Shown here piece by piece: positions 1-11,770 of a DNA stretch of 64,000 nt. The notes beneath the pieces were generated by a model that worked only from the letters and a program-made list of their open reading frames with translations, was not told the origin of the DNA and ran no database searches. Position 1 is the first letter of the stretch, and each line of letters starts with the position of its first letter. A program made the translations under genes and the position numbers. Source of the stretch: Mustelus asterias (Eukaryota); the NCBI RefSeq assembly GCF_964213995.1, contig NC_135830.1, positions 11,842,001-11,906,000 on the forward strand. The letters are read 5' to 3'.

Positions 1-245
1 GAGCAGGAAGTTCAAAGATACAACTTGAAAATGACATGATTTGACATGTGTGCTTTGTGTGTATCTGACATGTATGTTGTACGTGTCGTGTGATTCTTCT
101 TCAGAGTTTATCGTTAGTGTTACATCACTGAATTTTCCAGTTCCCATGCAAGTTCATCCAGCTGGAAGATTTAGCTGTTGCTCCCTTCACAGACGCTGTG
201 AGGCGTGTTTTCATTAAATGAAGAATTGAACAATAAGTTATTCAC

Positions 246-306
246 TACGTGACTGGGAATTGAAACCGCGTCACGGCGCCGATCCTGATCACTAGACCCT
301 CAGTGA
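246..306 (-). pseudogene. Decayed tRNA-Glu remnant
   Basis: Reverse complement resembles vertebrate tRNA-Glu (D-arm GGTCTAGTG, T-arm); anticodon arm deleted, many substitutions. Confidence 0.5.
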
Positions 307-842
307 CGCTGATGTGAGAAATTTGCAATGAGTTGATCATCTCTGTACCCATTGCTTCATTTCCAATAACTTTCAATAAAAATAAGTCACAATGAGGAAT
401 GACGCGAAGTGGACATGACAGGATTTGAACCTTAGTTAGAAAATCCTAATCCATCCCCTGGGCCGGGACTACAGTCTCAATGTTTGCAATCAAGCTATTT
501 ATAGACAACCGTTCAGCCTGCGTTCCCGTTTGTATTCTCTATCGGAGAAACTCCAATCCTTCCAGTTTTGACAAAGGGTGATCTGAACTCGGAACGTCAA
601 CTCTCTTTCCTCACTGATGCTGCCAGATCTGCTGAGATTTTCCAGCATTTCCCTTTTTGTTTCCAATTCCAGCATCTGCAGTAATTTGCACACTCCTTCC
701 ACGCACGCTCCTTTGCTTCAACAACTGTTTACAGTGGTATGTGTCTCCTCTTTCTTCCTGCCATAAACGACACAGCACAAACTCCTGACTTCAATCTGAA
801 CTGCTGGAATTCAGCTGCAGAGACCAAAACATAAACTCATTC

Positions 843-913
843 TAGTAGCAGCTGGATTCGAACCCACAACTGCACAAAAACAGGAGGGGTTTAACCTGCT
901 CCGCCACGCTACC
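843..913 (-). pseudogene. Decayed tRNA-Leu remnant
   Basis: Minus strand starts GGTAGCGTGGCGGAGC and has GTGGGTTCGAATCC, matching the tRNA-Leu 5' end and T-arm; central part degenerate. Confidence 0.55.
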
Positions 914-1136
914 ATGTAATTATCCTGTTGTCTACTGATAACGTTACTGAAATTCATTAGCAGCGAAGGAGCTGAGAAAGGCCATCTGTTGGCTTGAGCC
1001 TGCTCCTGCACTAAATAAATTCATTCTCAACTGTGTAACAAACAGATATCACATCCAGTCAGAAACAGAATGAGCTGCAGTGAAGGTCCAGCAGCATTTA
1101 AACTGCCCTTAATCTTGTCTGGTTCCCAATATCCTG

Positions 1137-1272
1137 ATTGGAGATGACGGCGTTGGACTGGGGTAAACACACTAAGAGTTTTAACAACACCTGGTTAAAG
1201 TCCAACAGGTTTATTTGGTAGCAAATGCCATTAGCTTTCCGAGCGCTGCTCCTTCGTCAGATGGAGTGGATA
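1137..1272 (-). mobile_element. Short Penelope-like terminal fragment (hammerhead + 3' tail)
   Basis: Matches the tail of the PLE at 5069-5215; flanked by a 13-bp TSD TCCCAATATCCTG (1124-1136, 1273-1285). Confidence 0.8.
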
Positions 1273-1994
1273 TCCCAATATCCTGTCAGATATGACATGA
1301 AAACCTCCTGTTGAATTTGCTCAGTCTTCACTTCAGGACCAGAGGTAAGATTGTGTTTTATATGTTTCACCAGGCAATAACTGACATTTGTTTTTATGGT
1401 TTGGATGAGAACAACAAATCTTCATTTCCTGACCTGTAATCTAAACAGCAGTGAAAGTGTCAAACTCTAACCATCAGACCAGCCTGTTTTACAGTTTTTC
1501 CTTATCCACGCTGCTTTTGTTATTTTAATTTTCGTGCCATATGACATTCACCACAAGCAAGTCTCTACCGCAAAATGGCACCTTCTGTTTCCACCACAAT
1601 GGTATATTCAGTCAATTGCAACAGACGTTCCACGCACAGTTGTTACTTTCGCTTCCAACGGTTCGAAACTCGACAGAAACTTTTCCAAATTTTTTCGTTG
1701 CAGAGTGAGGGAAAGGTTTAGTAATTCAGTGCGAACGCGGTGGTAAATTGGTGGGATTGGTTTACAAGGGTTTTGGTTTGAGAACCTGAGCATACAGTGC
1801 AGGGAATCCATCAACACAATACTCACACAGGAAAATCAAGACATTTTCAAAAGGTTACTACGCTTGCGGGCATTCACTTTATCCCTGGTCACCAGTTTAG
1901 AGGACGCCATGTTTGTTGGTTCAGACAGTTGGCTGTGTGTATATTGTTATTCATTCATGGGTTGTGGATGTGTACCCCACTCGCTATTTCTGTT

Positions 1995-3715
1995 ATTCAT
2001 TGTCTCTATATATCTTCTGTACATTCTCTCAGTCTCTCTGACTGTTTTTATTACGTTTACCTCTTTTGCTCTTTGCTCTCTCTATTCTCTCGCTCTCTGT
2101 GTGTAACCAAGGTTCAGTGGATTGATTTCTGCGTTTCTCCTGGGAAGAGAGATTCAGTGGGATGAGTCTCTTCGCTCTGGAGTTAGAGTAATCAGAGGTG
2201 ATCTTGTTGAAATGTCTGAAATTGGGAATCAGTTTAACAGTGTACATGCTGAGAGGCTGTTTCCCCCACCTCTGGCTCGATTACTTCGAACAAAACAAAA
2301 GTCGAAAGATGTAAGAGGAGTTTGTAATGTTTGGGAGAGGTGAAGCCAAGAAGTGGAAGATGTGACTGATGTAATATTGATGATTGAGAGGAATGCATGG
2401 TAACCTTATGGATTCCATAGATCGATTCATTGTAAACTTTGAAATCAGAACAAGCGAAAACACCAGATGGAACAATTATATTTGTCTCCATGCATTTTTG
2501 GTTATAGAAAGGGCATTTGTTCTCGTGCCCGGCCAGTTCAGTCGGTAGAGCATGAGACTCTTAACCTCAGGGTCGTGGGTTCTAGCCCCACGTTGGGCGT
2601 CGGTGTTTTAAACTTTGCCCCATTTATGGGTGAATTCCAGCTCTCCTTTCCTCCAGAAATGTCACCGCTCAAACTCACTCTTTCACCATCTTACTTTGTT
2701 TCCCTCCTAGTTGTGGGTTTATGACTGAAAACTGCCTCCAGTTCACTGGAAGGCGGGAAGTTTAGCACTGAACTCAGCGAAAAATGTTGTTCTCATTTAG
2801 TACGATAGTTAAACCCAGATCTGGGAGATTGTGTCAGTGGGAACAATAATCATCTCCATTGTCACTCAATCACGCCAGCCTTCCATCCTATTACATTGTT
2901 CTTTCCTCCTCTCCCTCTCTATTTTCCTTGACTCTGTACTTGTTTATCAACCACTAAATCCCTCATCTCTTCCAGTTTGGGTAAAAGGTCAGCAACCTGA
3001 ATCATTCACTTTCTTTCCCTCTCCAGGGAAGCTGCTGAAGCTGATGAGGACTTCCAACATTTTCTGTTTTGAGGTGGGATTTGCAGCAACTGCAGTTCCT
3101 TGTTTTGGATCACAGTGGATCACTTTTCTCTGACTGAATCTTACCTGTTTCAACAGTTAAAGGGCAGAGGTTTTAAATACTAAGTCGCCAGAATGTGTTA
3201 CCCTGTTTTACATGAAATGGAACAAAATGACAATTAATCATTTCATAAATACTGCCAATGCAATATATATTTCGTTGTCAACGCCAGCATTTGTTGTCCA
3301 TTCTTATTTCCCCTTGAACTGAGTATTTTACTCGTCCATTTCAGATGGAACTTAAAAGTTAATAACGTTGCTTTGTGTCTGGAGTCCCATAGAGGCGAGA
3401 AAGGGGAAGGATGGCAGATTTCTTTCTGCAAAAGGTCCAGATGAATTTTCCTGACCATCAGAAAGCAAAGCTTCATTAATGAGACTAGCTTTCACTTCCG
3501 TTTCAGTTCTAGACTGCGGTGGGATCCGGACCTGTGGCCTGGGCCACAGGATTCATACTCCACTGATTTTACCACTACGTCACCATCTTCCCGGAGGAGT
3601 GTCAGTGTATGTCCTTCACATGGAATCAAACTGCTTAATTTCACATTGAAAACAAACATTGAAAGCAGTGTACTGTGGAAATCAGTGTCAGGCACTCAGG
3701 AAACCGGGGAATTAA
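1995..3715 (+). repeat. tRNA-Lys-containing duplicated unit, copy A
   Basis: Colinear and highly similar to 22780-25062; a more diverged inverted partial copy lies at about 8160-8970. Confidence 0.85.
2527..2599 (+). tRNA. tRNA-Lys(CTT), probably pseudogenised
   Basis: 73 nt, four changes from canonical vertebrate Lys-CTT, including T8C and T-loop TTCGA>TTCTA; T5 terminator follows. Confidence 0.85.
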
Positions 3716-5158
3716 TGATAAATCTATTGCTTTCATTCAAAGACAGAAAAATGTGGTGAATCCTCAGCGTGAGTGATGAAGGAGCTGCGCTCCGAGAGCT
3801 CGTGATTCCAAATAAATCTGTTACACTTATACCTGGTGAGAATTCTTACCGGGTACTGAAGGGCATTTCATTTATAATTCGCGAAAAGATGATTTTTATA
3901 AAATTAACAGCTTTCAGCAAATTGCACCACAATCACGTTGCACACGATGCAGCGAGTTACTCTCCTGGCCTCATTGTATCAGCCCCAGAGGGCGATTGCT
4001 CAAGAACACAAAAAGCTCAGCGATAAAGTGGTCGGTGGCTTCATTCACCAGGTATCAATCTAGAGCATGAGACCTTTCTCTTCAAATCACACACACACAC
4101 ACACACAAGCACACACTTGCTCAATAATGCTCAGGTCACCTCAATTTCCGTGTTGGGTTGTCTAGGTGATACCCTGTACACTTTTGTAGTCTGATAAACG
4201 GGCCATCAGGGCTACACTCTGTAGACTGGAGAAAATTATTTTTGAGAGATGAATTGCATGCTGAATAAATGAATTAAGAGTTTCTATGGGTATATAAATT
4301 AGGAACCCCGTGGCTAAGGTAAATGTGAGGCCTCAACTGAATGAAATGAGTGAATTGATAACAAAAATCACAAATGATGGATATGCTAAATAATAATTTT
4401 GCATCAGTCATCAGCGTTGAAGATAATGCAATCATCCCGAGGTTATCAGATGGGCTGATTGCAAATAATGAATTAGGGATAGAGTATCAGAGAAACTCAA
4501 TGGTCTAAAGGAGTACAAGTCACCAGGATCCGATGAACTGCACACTAAGTTTTTAATGGAAGTGCAGCAGAGGTAGTGGACCCATTGCTTGAAAATTTTC
4601 ATATATCGCTAAATTGCCGGAGCTTACCAGAGGAATGGAAAACAGCAAATGTCACTCTTTTGTTCAAAGCGGGAAAATCGCCAGTTGGTTTAACATCTAT
4701 CATCGGCAAGACATTGGAGTCACCAGTCAAAGAGTAAATAACTAATCATTTATGAAAAGTGAATATAATCGAACCTTGTCCACATAGATTAATGAAAGGT
4801 AAATCGTGTTTCACAAAATTGCTCAAATTCTGTGAGGATGAAACAGAGAGAATAGGTAGAGGGGAACTTCTAAGTGTACTGTCTTTAGATTTGCAAAATA
4901 CATTTGCCAAGGTGCCACGTAAGAGGCTGGTGTATGAGGTAAAAGATAAATGATTTGGAGGGAGTGTATTGTTTCGATTAAAAACTGTCCGTCAAACAGA
5001 GAGGTCCTTTTCATAGTGGAAAACGGGTCCTTTTTCAAAGTGGAAAGATGCAACTGTGGAATAATGATGTGGAGATGCCGGCGTTGGACTGGGGTAAACA
5101 CAGTAAGAAGTTTAACAACACCAGGTTAAAGTCCAACAGGTTTATTTGGTAGCAAAGG

Positions 5159-5203
5159 CCACACAAGCTTTCGAGGCTCTAAGCCCCTTCTTCAGGTGAG
5201 TGG
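5159..5203 (-). ncRNA. Minimal type-I hammerhead ribozyme motif in PLE pLTR
   Basis: CAC-CTGAAGA-A-GGGGC/TTAGA/GCCTC-GAAAGCTT-GTG: both core boxes, stem II, palindromic AGCT in place of stem III, stem I CAC/GTG. Confidence 0.7.
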
Positions 5204-5407
5204 GAATTCTGTTCACAAACAGAACTTATAAAGACACAGACTCAATTTACATGAATAATGGTTGGAATGCGAATACTTACAACTAATCCAGTCTTTAAGA
5301 AACAAAACAATGGGAGTGGAGAGAGCATCAAGACAGGCTAAAAAGATGTGTATTGTCTCCAGACAAGACAGCCAGTGAAACTCTGCAGGTCCACGCAACT
5401 GTGGGAG

Positions 5408-6898
5408 TTACAAATAGTGTGACATAAACCCAATATCCCGGTTGAGGCCGTCCTTGTGTGTGCGGAACTTGGCTATCAGTTTCTGCTCAGCGACTCTGCG
5501 CTGTCGTGTGTCGCGAAGGCCGCCTTGGAGAACGCTTACCCGAATATCAGAGGCCGAATGCCCGTGACCGCTGAAGTGCTCCCCAACAGGAAGAGAACAG
5601 TCTTGCCTGGTGATTGTCGAGCGGTGTTCATTCATCCGTTGTCGCAGCGTCTGCATAGTTTCCCCAATGTACCATGCCTCGGGACATCCTTTCTTGCAGC
5701 GTATCAGGTAGACAACGTTGGCCGAGTTGCAAGAGTATGTACCGTGTACCTGGTGGATGGTGTTCTCACGTGAGATGATGGCATCTGTGTCGATGATCCG
5801 GCACGTCTTGCAGAGGTTGCTGTGGCAGGGTTGTGTGGTGTCTTGGTCCCTGTTCTCCTGAAGGCTGGGTTGTTTGCTGCGGACAATGGTCTGTTTGAGG
5901 TTGTGCGGTTGTTTGAAGGCAAGAAGTGGGGGTGTGGGGATGGCCTTGGCGAGATGTTCGTCTTCATCAATGACATGTTGAAGGCTCCGGAGGAGATGCC
6001 GTAGCTTCTCCGCTCCGGGGAAGTACTGGACAACGAAGGGTACTCTGTCCACTGTGTCCCGTGTTTGTCTTCTGAGGAGGTCGGTGCGGTTTTTCGCTGT
6101 GGCGCGTTGGAACTGTTGATCAATGAGTCTAGCGCCATATCCTGTTCTTATGAGGGCATCTTTCAGCGTCTGGAGGTGTCTGTTGCGATCCTCCTCATCC
6201 GAGCAGATCCTGTGTATACGGAGGGCTTGTCCGTAGGGGATGGCTTCTTTAACGTGTTTAGGGTGGAAGCTGGAGAAGTGGAGCATCGTGAGGTTATCCG
6301 TGGGCTTGCGGTACAGTGAGGTGCTGAGGTGACCGTCCTTAATGGAGATGCGCGTGTCCAAGAATGCAACCGATTCCGGAGAGTAGTCTATGGTGAGCCT
6401 GATGGTGGGATGGAACTTGTTGATGTCATCATAGAGTTGTTTCAGTGATTGTTCACCATGAGTCCAAAGGAAGAAAATGTCATCGATGTATCTAGTGTAT
6501 AGCATCGGTTGAAGGTCCCGTGCGGTGAAGAAGTCTTGTTCGAACCTGTGCATGAAGATGTTGGCATATTGAGGTGCAAATTTGGTCCCCATGGCTGTTC
6601 CGTGTGTCTGGATGAAGAACTGGTTGTTGAAGGTGAAGATATTGTGGTCCAGGATGAAGCGGATGAGATGTAAAATTGCATCTGGAAACTGGCAGTTGTT
6701 GGCGCTGAGCACTGAGGCCGTTGCAGCAATGCCATCGTCATGGGGGATGCTGGTGTAGAGTGCTGAGACATCCATTGTGACGAGGAGCGCTCCTGGTTCA
6801 ACTGCTCCATGTGTGCCGAGTTTCTGTAGGAAGTCCGTCGTGTCGCGACAAAAGCTGGGGGTTATTTGTACAATGGGTTTCAGGATGCCCTCGACATA
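5408..6898 (-). CDS. PLE reverse transcriptase + GIY-YIG endonuclease (5'-truncated; Cys-rich linker suggests Neptune-like)
   Basis: MDVSALYTSI, GTAMG, YIDD, Cys linker CHSNLCKTC, NVVYLIRC...WYIGET, R..EH, GLN. The first ~10 aa of the track ORF come from the inverted pLTR. Confidence 0.92.
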   Translation of the reverse strand, partial: YVEGILKPIVQITPSFCRDTTDFLQKLGTHGAVEPGALLVTMDVSALYTSIPHDDGIAATASVLSANNCQFPDAILHLIRFILDHNIFTFNNQFFIQTHGTAMGTKFAPQYANIFMHRFEQDFFTARDLQPMLYTRYIDDIFFLWTHGEQSLKQLYDDINKFHPTIRLTIDYSPESVAFLDTRISIKDGHLSTSLYRKPTDNLTMLHFSSFHPKHVKEAIPYGQALRIHRICSDEEDRNRHLQTLKDALIRTGYGARLIDQQFQRATAKNRTDLLRRQTRDTVDRVPFVVQYFPGAEKLRHLLRSLQHVIDEDEHLAKAIPTPPLLAFKQPHNLKQTIVRSKQPSLQENRDQDTTQPCHSNLCKTCRIIDTDAIISRENTIHQVHGTYSCNSANVVYLIRCKKGCPEAWYIGETMQTLRQRMNEHRSTITRQDCSLPVGEHFSGHGHSASDIRVSVLQGGLRDTRQRRVAEQKLIAKFRTHKDGLNRDIGFMSHYL

Positions 6899-6920
6899 GT
6901 TCTGTTTGTGAACAGAATTC

Positions 6921-6965
6921 CCACTCACCTGACGAAGGGGCTTAGAGCCTCGAAAGCTTGTGTGG
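6921..6965 (+). ncRNA. Minimal hammerhead ribozyme motif (inverted pLTR)
   Basis: CCACTCAC-CTGACGA-AGGGGCTTAGAGCCTC-GAAAGCTT-GTGTGG. Confidence 0.7.
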
Positions 6966-8988
6966 CTTTTGCTGCCAAATAAACCTGTTGGACTTTAACC
7001 TGGTGTTGTTAAACTTCTTACTGTGGAATAACACAGGGATCAGTTCTTGGCCCGAAATTGTTCACTAATTACATTCTTGACGTGGAGGAAGGAACAGCAT
7101 GTAATGTTTCCAAAAATGTCATTGACATGAACATAGGTAGAACCGCAATCTGTGATGAGGATATTGTGATTCAGCAATGTTGAAAAGGCAGATTATTATC
7201 TACATGGAGGGACACTGCTGGGCAATGAAATAGAGAGGGATCGAGGTGTTCCAGTGCTTGAATCACAAGAGCTAGCATGTAGGTTCAACAAGTAGATAAG
7301 ATGGTAAACCACATTTTGGCCGATATTGCAAAGGGTTTCATGTTTAACTATACAGAGTTTCAGTTGCAATTGTATTCACTGTTAATGAGAAGTCGCCTGG
7401 AATTTTGCATTCAATGTTGGTCCCGTTATCTAAAAAAATGTTGAAGCCGATTCTCTCGCCTCATTGCTAAGATGAGAGGGTTGACCTATCAAGTGAGACT
7501 AAATCGTTTGAGTCTGTATACATTGGAGTTCATGAGAGTGAGGCGTGATCTCACTCCACCAGTCTCACCATATTCCTGAGCTCGAATTCCAGGGTTGCCA
7601 AATGTGATTAATATCCCAGAAAGAGATAGTTGTTTGTTTTTATATTTTAGTGGCATCAAGTGAGATCGAGGATCAGCCATTATCATACTGAATGGAAGAG
7701 TAGACTCGAAGAGACAAATGACCTCCCCCTGCTCTTTGTTTCTATTTTCACGAGATTGGCCTCTGCGAGGAGGCAGTGTTCCTACATTGAGAGGTTGAGT
7801 AAATTGTACCAGTATTCTCTGCAGTTTAACGGAATGAAAGGCGATCTCATTGAAATTTTCAGCATTCTGAATGTCTGTGATAGGATGGACGTTAAGACAG
7901 ATACAAACCTTCTCTCCCGTGTGTTCCCCTCTCCCTTTTTCTACCTGTGAGCTTTCTTAAAATCTGTAACATTTATGTCTTCTTTCAGTTCTGATGAGAT
8001 TTCAGTGACTTGAACCCTTCACTCTTTCTCCCGCGACAGATTGGGTCTGACCTACTGAGGATTCACCACATTTTCTGTTTGTGAATGGTAACGCGAGACG
8101 TCTAGTCAATTCCACTCTATCTGGTATATGATAGCGGTTTTAACTGTACAATTGTTTAAATCTTTGTTTTCAACGTGAAATGTCCTTGTTTGATTACACG
8201 GGGGAGATTAACACTTACACTCTTCCGGGATGGCGGTGACACTGTGGTAAAATCAGTGGAGCATGAATTCCCCGGGGCGGAGGAACACAGGTTCAGGTCC
8301 GACCATAGCCTGGAAATGAAACTGAAATTGAAGGTTGTATCAGTAAATAAGCAATTTTTCTAATTGTCATGAGAACTCATCTGGACCTTTGCAGAAGGAA
8401 ATCAGCCATATTTACCCAATCTGGACTAGATGAGAACCCAGACCCACAATAGCGTTATTGTTTCTTAGCGGTGCTCAGAAGCAAAATATTCAGATTAAGC
8501 CGAAATAGGAACGGCCAACAAATGCTGGCACTGACAACCAAATACATATTACATGAGTAACATTTCATCAACTGACAAATTCCCATTTTGTTTCCTTTCA
8601 TGTCGAACAGGGTGACATATTCTGGTTTCTTATTGTTTGAAAAGCTCATCCCTTTAACTATTTAAAAACGTAACGTCCAGTCAGAGAAAATTGAACCGAT
8701 GTGACCCAAAAACATGATACCCCAGTTTCTGCCAACCCCGCCACAAAATAAAAGAAATGCTGGAAACATTCAGCTGGTCAAACGGCGTCTACGGAGAGGG
8801 AAATAGTGTGAAAGACTGAGGTTGCTGATCTTTTATCTTAACTGAAAGGAATTAGAGATTTTTTGGTTTGCAAACAACTACAGAATCAAGGAAAATAAAG
8901 GGCGAAAGGAAGAAAGGACAAACGGTCCTGTGATCGGGGAGCTGGCTGGATTGATGTTCTGACAATGGGAATGATACTGAAAAACAAA

Positions 8989-9047
8989 AGTGGCAGAGAA
9001 TTTGACTGCAGATCTCCCGGTCCTTGGTCCAAATCCAGGTTCCCTCT
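8989..9047 (+). pseudogene. tRNA-Cys(GCA) pseudogene lacking its 5' end
   Basis: AGTGGCAGAGAATTTGACTGCAGATC...CAAATCCAGGTTCCCTCT matches the 3' 80% of Cys-GCA. Confidence 0.7.
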
Positions 9048-10472
9048 TTCGTGATATTTTTCGTTTGTTGTTTCCATATGATAAAAAATGCTGCATGACA
9101 GAAAACCAATGACTGGCTGAAAAGCACTTTGTGACGTGTACTGGGATGTTCGGGAAAGGAGCTATATCAATGTCAAACTGTGTTTCTTTACTTAATTTCA
9201 ATCCCAGTCCACTGGTAACTGGCCATCGTCAGTTTCCCCCCAACTGTTATACCAAACCATCTAACCCACGCCCATAATACTGAACAGCTCCGCGAAATCT
9301 CTGTTTAACCTTCTTTGCTCTAAAGAGAACAATGCCGGTCTTTATACTCCCTCCACAAAACTGTATTTCCTCATCCCTGGACATGATGCAAACGGAGGAT
9401 TGAGAGCAGATTTTGGAAAAAAATGTCATTTGGCAAGTGGGGAAAATGGAGGAAAAAACCAAACCAGAAAACCACAGTCTCCAGCTTTGTGAATCTTTAG
9501 AAACTCTTTTGGAATGGGAATCAAAGGAGATTGAAGGCTGAACAGACAAACTGAGCAGAGACAATCAAGGCACATTTCCCTTCTTTATGATGCTGGAACA
9601 TTGACTCTGATTTTATCAGTCAAATTCACTGATCAGAGATATTGAATGGACTCTCGTTAATGCACATCAGGTATTCAAACCTAATATCAGCTCGGGACAG
9701 TCATGATATTTGGTAACAGCCAAGAAAACGAAAGGCTTGAAGGGCAAAGGCACCAGTTCGAGGAAAGCTGGTTCCCGATGGCATGGATGTGTCTGAAATG
9801 GGTGGGCTCTGGCTGTTAGACGTATCTTGTGTCTACATCTAACCCATTAGAAATCCATTCAATTACAATTCTAACAAATACATTAATTATTCTCTCTTCC
9901 TCAGTTCCACAGTGAGTGAGAGCAATATTGCTCCAGCTCCCATTCTCCAAGCACCCCCTGCCAGCAGAAAGCACGGGCGATTTTGCTGGGTGTTTTTGCG
10001 AGAAAATGGTGAAGAGTAAATATTCAATAGATTGATTGATACCCAATTCAGTTCACATTCAGCAAGAAACTTGAATTCGGAAACTTCAGAGCAGTGGATT
10101 TTGATAATGTTACTGCCTCGTTTAGCACCTGGGGCCTGCGGAAATATGAACTGAATGTGATAACCCTATCAATACAGAACGTTCCCTCAGGATAAAATGA
10201 CTGGTCTAGAAGGTCAAACTGTGCAGTTTAATTGAACTTCAGAACCTGTTTTGTGGACGTGCAATTCGGCTGAACCCCTTATTCACGCGGCAGGGAAATT
10301 GTTCTAACATTAGAATAATAAAATGACATTTGTGCCATTTTTCTCCATTTCGCCATAACTGAGCATTTTGCAGAATATCATTTAATACTTGGGGAAGCGT
10401 AAATGCAGTTAGGCTCTGTGATAGTGTTTTCTGTCAATACTTAAATGGGGGTGTCGTAACTTTCCCTCAAAC

Positions 10473-10597
10473 TGTCGAGATGCCAGCGTTAGACTGAAGT
10501 GGGGACAGTAAGAACTCTCACAACACCAGTTTAAAGTCCAACAGGTTGCTTTGGTATCACGAGCTTTTGGAGAGCTGCTCCTTCATCAGGTGAGTGA
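10473..10597 (-). mobile_element. Short PLE terminal fragment with a degenerate hammerhead
   Basis: Same tail family as 1137-1272; minus strand reads CTGATGAAGGAGCAGCTCTCCAAAAGCTCGTG. Confidence 0.7.
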
Positions 10598-10781
10598 GCG
10601 TTTCCTCACACTGAGTGATGAGTACGTTTGCACACTGTTGCGCTATTTCAAACAGGGAACCTTTCAGATGTTAGGAGAATGCATTAAACTGTACACTTCA
10701 GAAACAGAGAATACATGGTTCTGAAATACAGTCAGACTGCACGGTTCGGCATTCTAGCTGGTTCCAAAGTTGTTACGAATC

Positions 10782-10850
10782 GTTTCTGTAGTGTAGCTAG
10801 TATCACGTTCACCTAATCAAAGATTCCCAGTTCGAAATCGGGCGGAAACC
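10782..10850 (+). pseudogene. tRNA-Val pseudogene
   Basis: GTTTCTGTAGTGTAG...TATCACGTTC...GTTCGAAATCGGGCGGAAAC; deletion in the anticodon arm. Confidence 0.75.
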
Positions 10851-11459
10851 TTTGTACATACTTCAAACCTCAGAGTAAGGAAAAGAGCAATAATTCCTGT
10901 TTATTGTTTATTGAATATTAACTGAATACTGTATCTTACACTGTGTTACATTTACCTTTTCCCTTCACAGTTCAGTGCAGACAGAATATGATTCAGTGAC
11001 TCTCGTTTCCAGCTCTGACGCTTCAGAAAGCTTCTCTCAAATCTGCACATTCCGGGTGATTGTTGTTAACTTGTGTCAGATTTTGAAATAGCTCTTGTAG
11101 CACCACCTTCGTTAATAACAGTCACTTAAAGCCACATTTCAGACAGGGAAACAAACTTTTCAATGGTTCTCTCTTTTCTGGCTCCATAGTGAGTGAGACA
11201 GTGACAAACAGCAGGATTTTCCACCGCACTCTCCAATCACCCGCTGCCAGCAGAAAATCGCGACTGCAAATGCTTCTGTATGTTATTTTAAACTCAGAGT
11301 GGGGATCAATAATTTATTGTTCGAAATTAACTGCTGTTACAATGCATGTTACATTTCCCCATCCATCTAAAGTTCTGTACACACTCAAACCCAATATTTT
11401 TCCCTGACTCCCGTTTCCAGCTCTGGCGGTTCAGAAGGATTCCCTCAAATCCGGCTTTT

Positions 11460-11770
11460 TATTTTGTTCGTTAGTGGGACATGGGCGTCGTTGACCATCA
11501 TTTACTGCCGATCCCCAGTTGAGATACAAACACATCGCTGCGTCTCTGGAGTGACATCTGGGCCAGATCAGCGAAGAACAGCAGATTTCCTTCCCGAAAG
11601 GACATTAGCGAATCATGGGTTTTTCCAACAATGGATAGTCTGTTCATGGTCATCAGTGAATTCTTAATTCCAATCTTCTTCATTGTATTCAAATTTCACC
11701 AGCTGTCGTGGCAGTCCCCAGAATATTAATCGGTCGAGCGATACTACCACTAGGCCATCGTCCCACCTAA
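11460..11770. repeat. Dispersed ~300-bp repeat (SINE or LINE tail), related to 37300-37630
   Basis: Shared blocks TGGGACATGGGC, GCAGAT..CCTTCC.GAAAGGACATTA and TTCATGGTCAT in both copies. Confidence 0.55.

Larger units (their letters stand above)
5065..7024 (-). mobile_element. Penelope-like element, 5'-truncated, with an inverted pLTR piece at 6899-7024
   Basis: RT + GIY-YIG ORF; 6902-7024 is the inverted copy of 5100-5222; ACTGTGGAATAA duplicated at 5053-5064 and 7020-7031. Confidence 0.92.
4265..7740 (+). mobile_element. Old degraded CR1 LINE ORF2, interrupted by a PLE at 5065-7024
   Basis: Decayed KSPG.D, MKGKSCFT, LDLQ..FAKVP and QGSVLGP motifs; the sequence resumes after the PLE. Confidence 0.75.
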
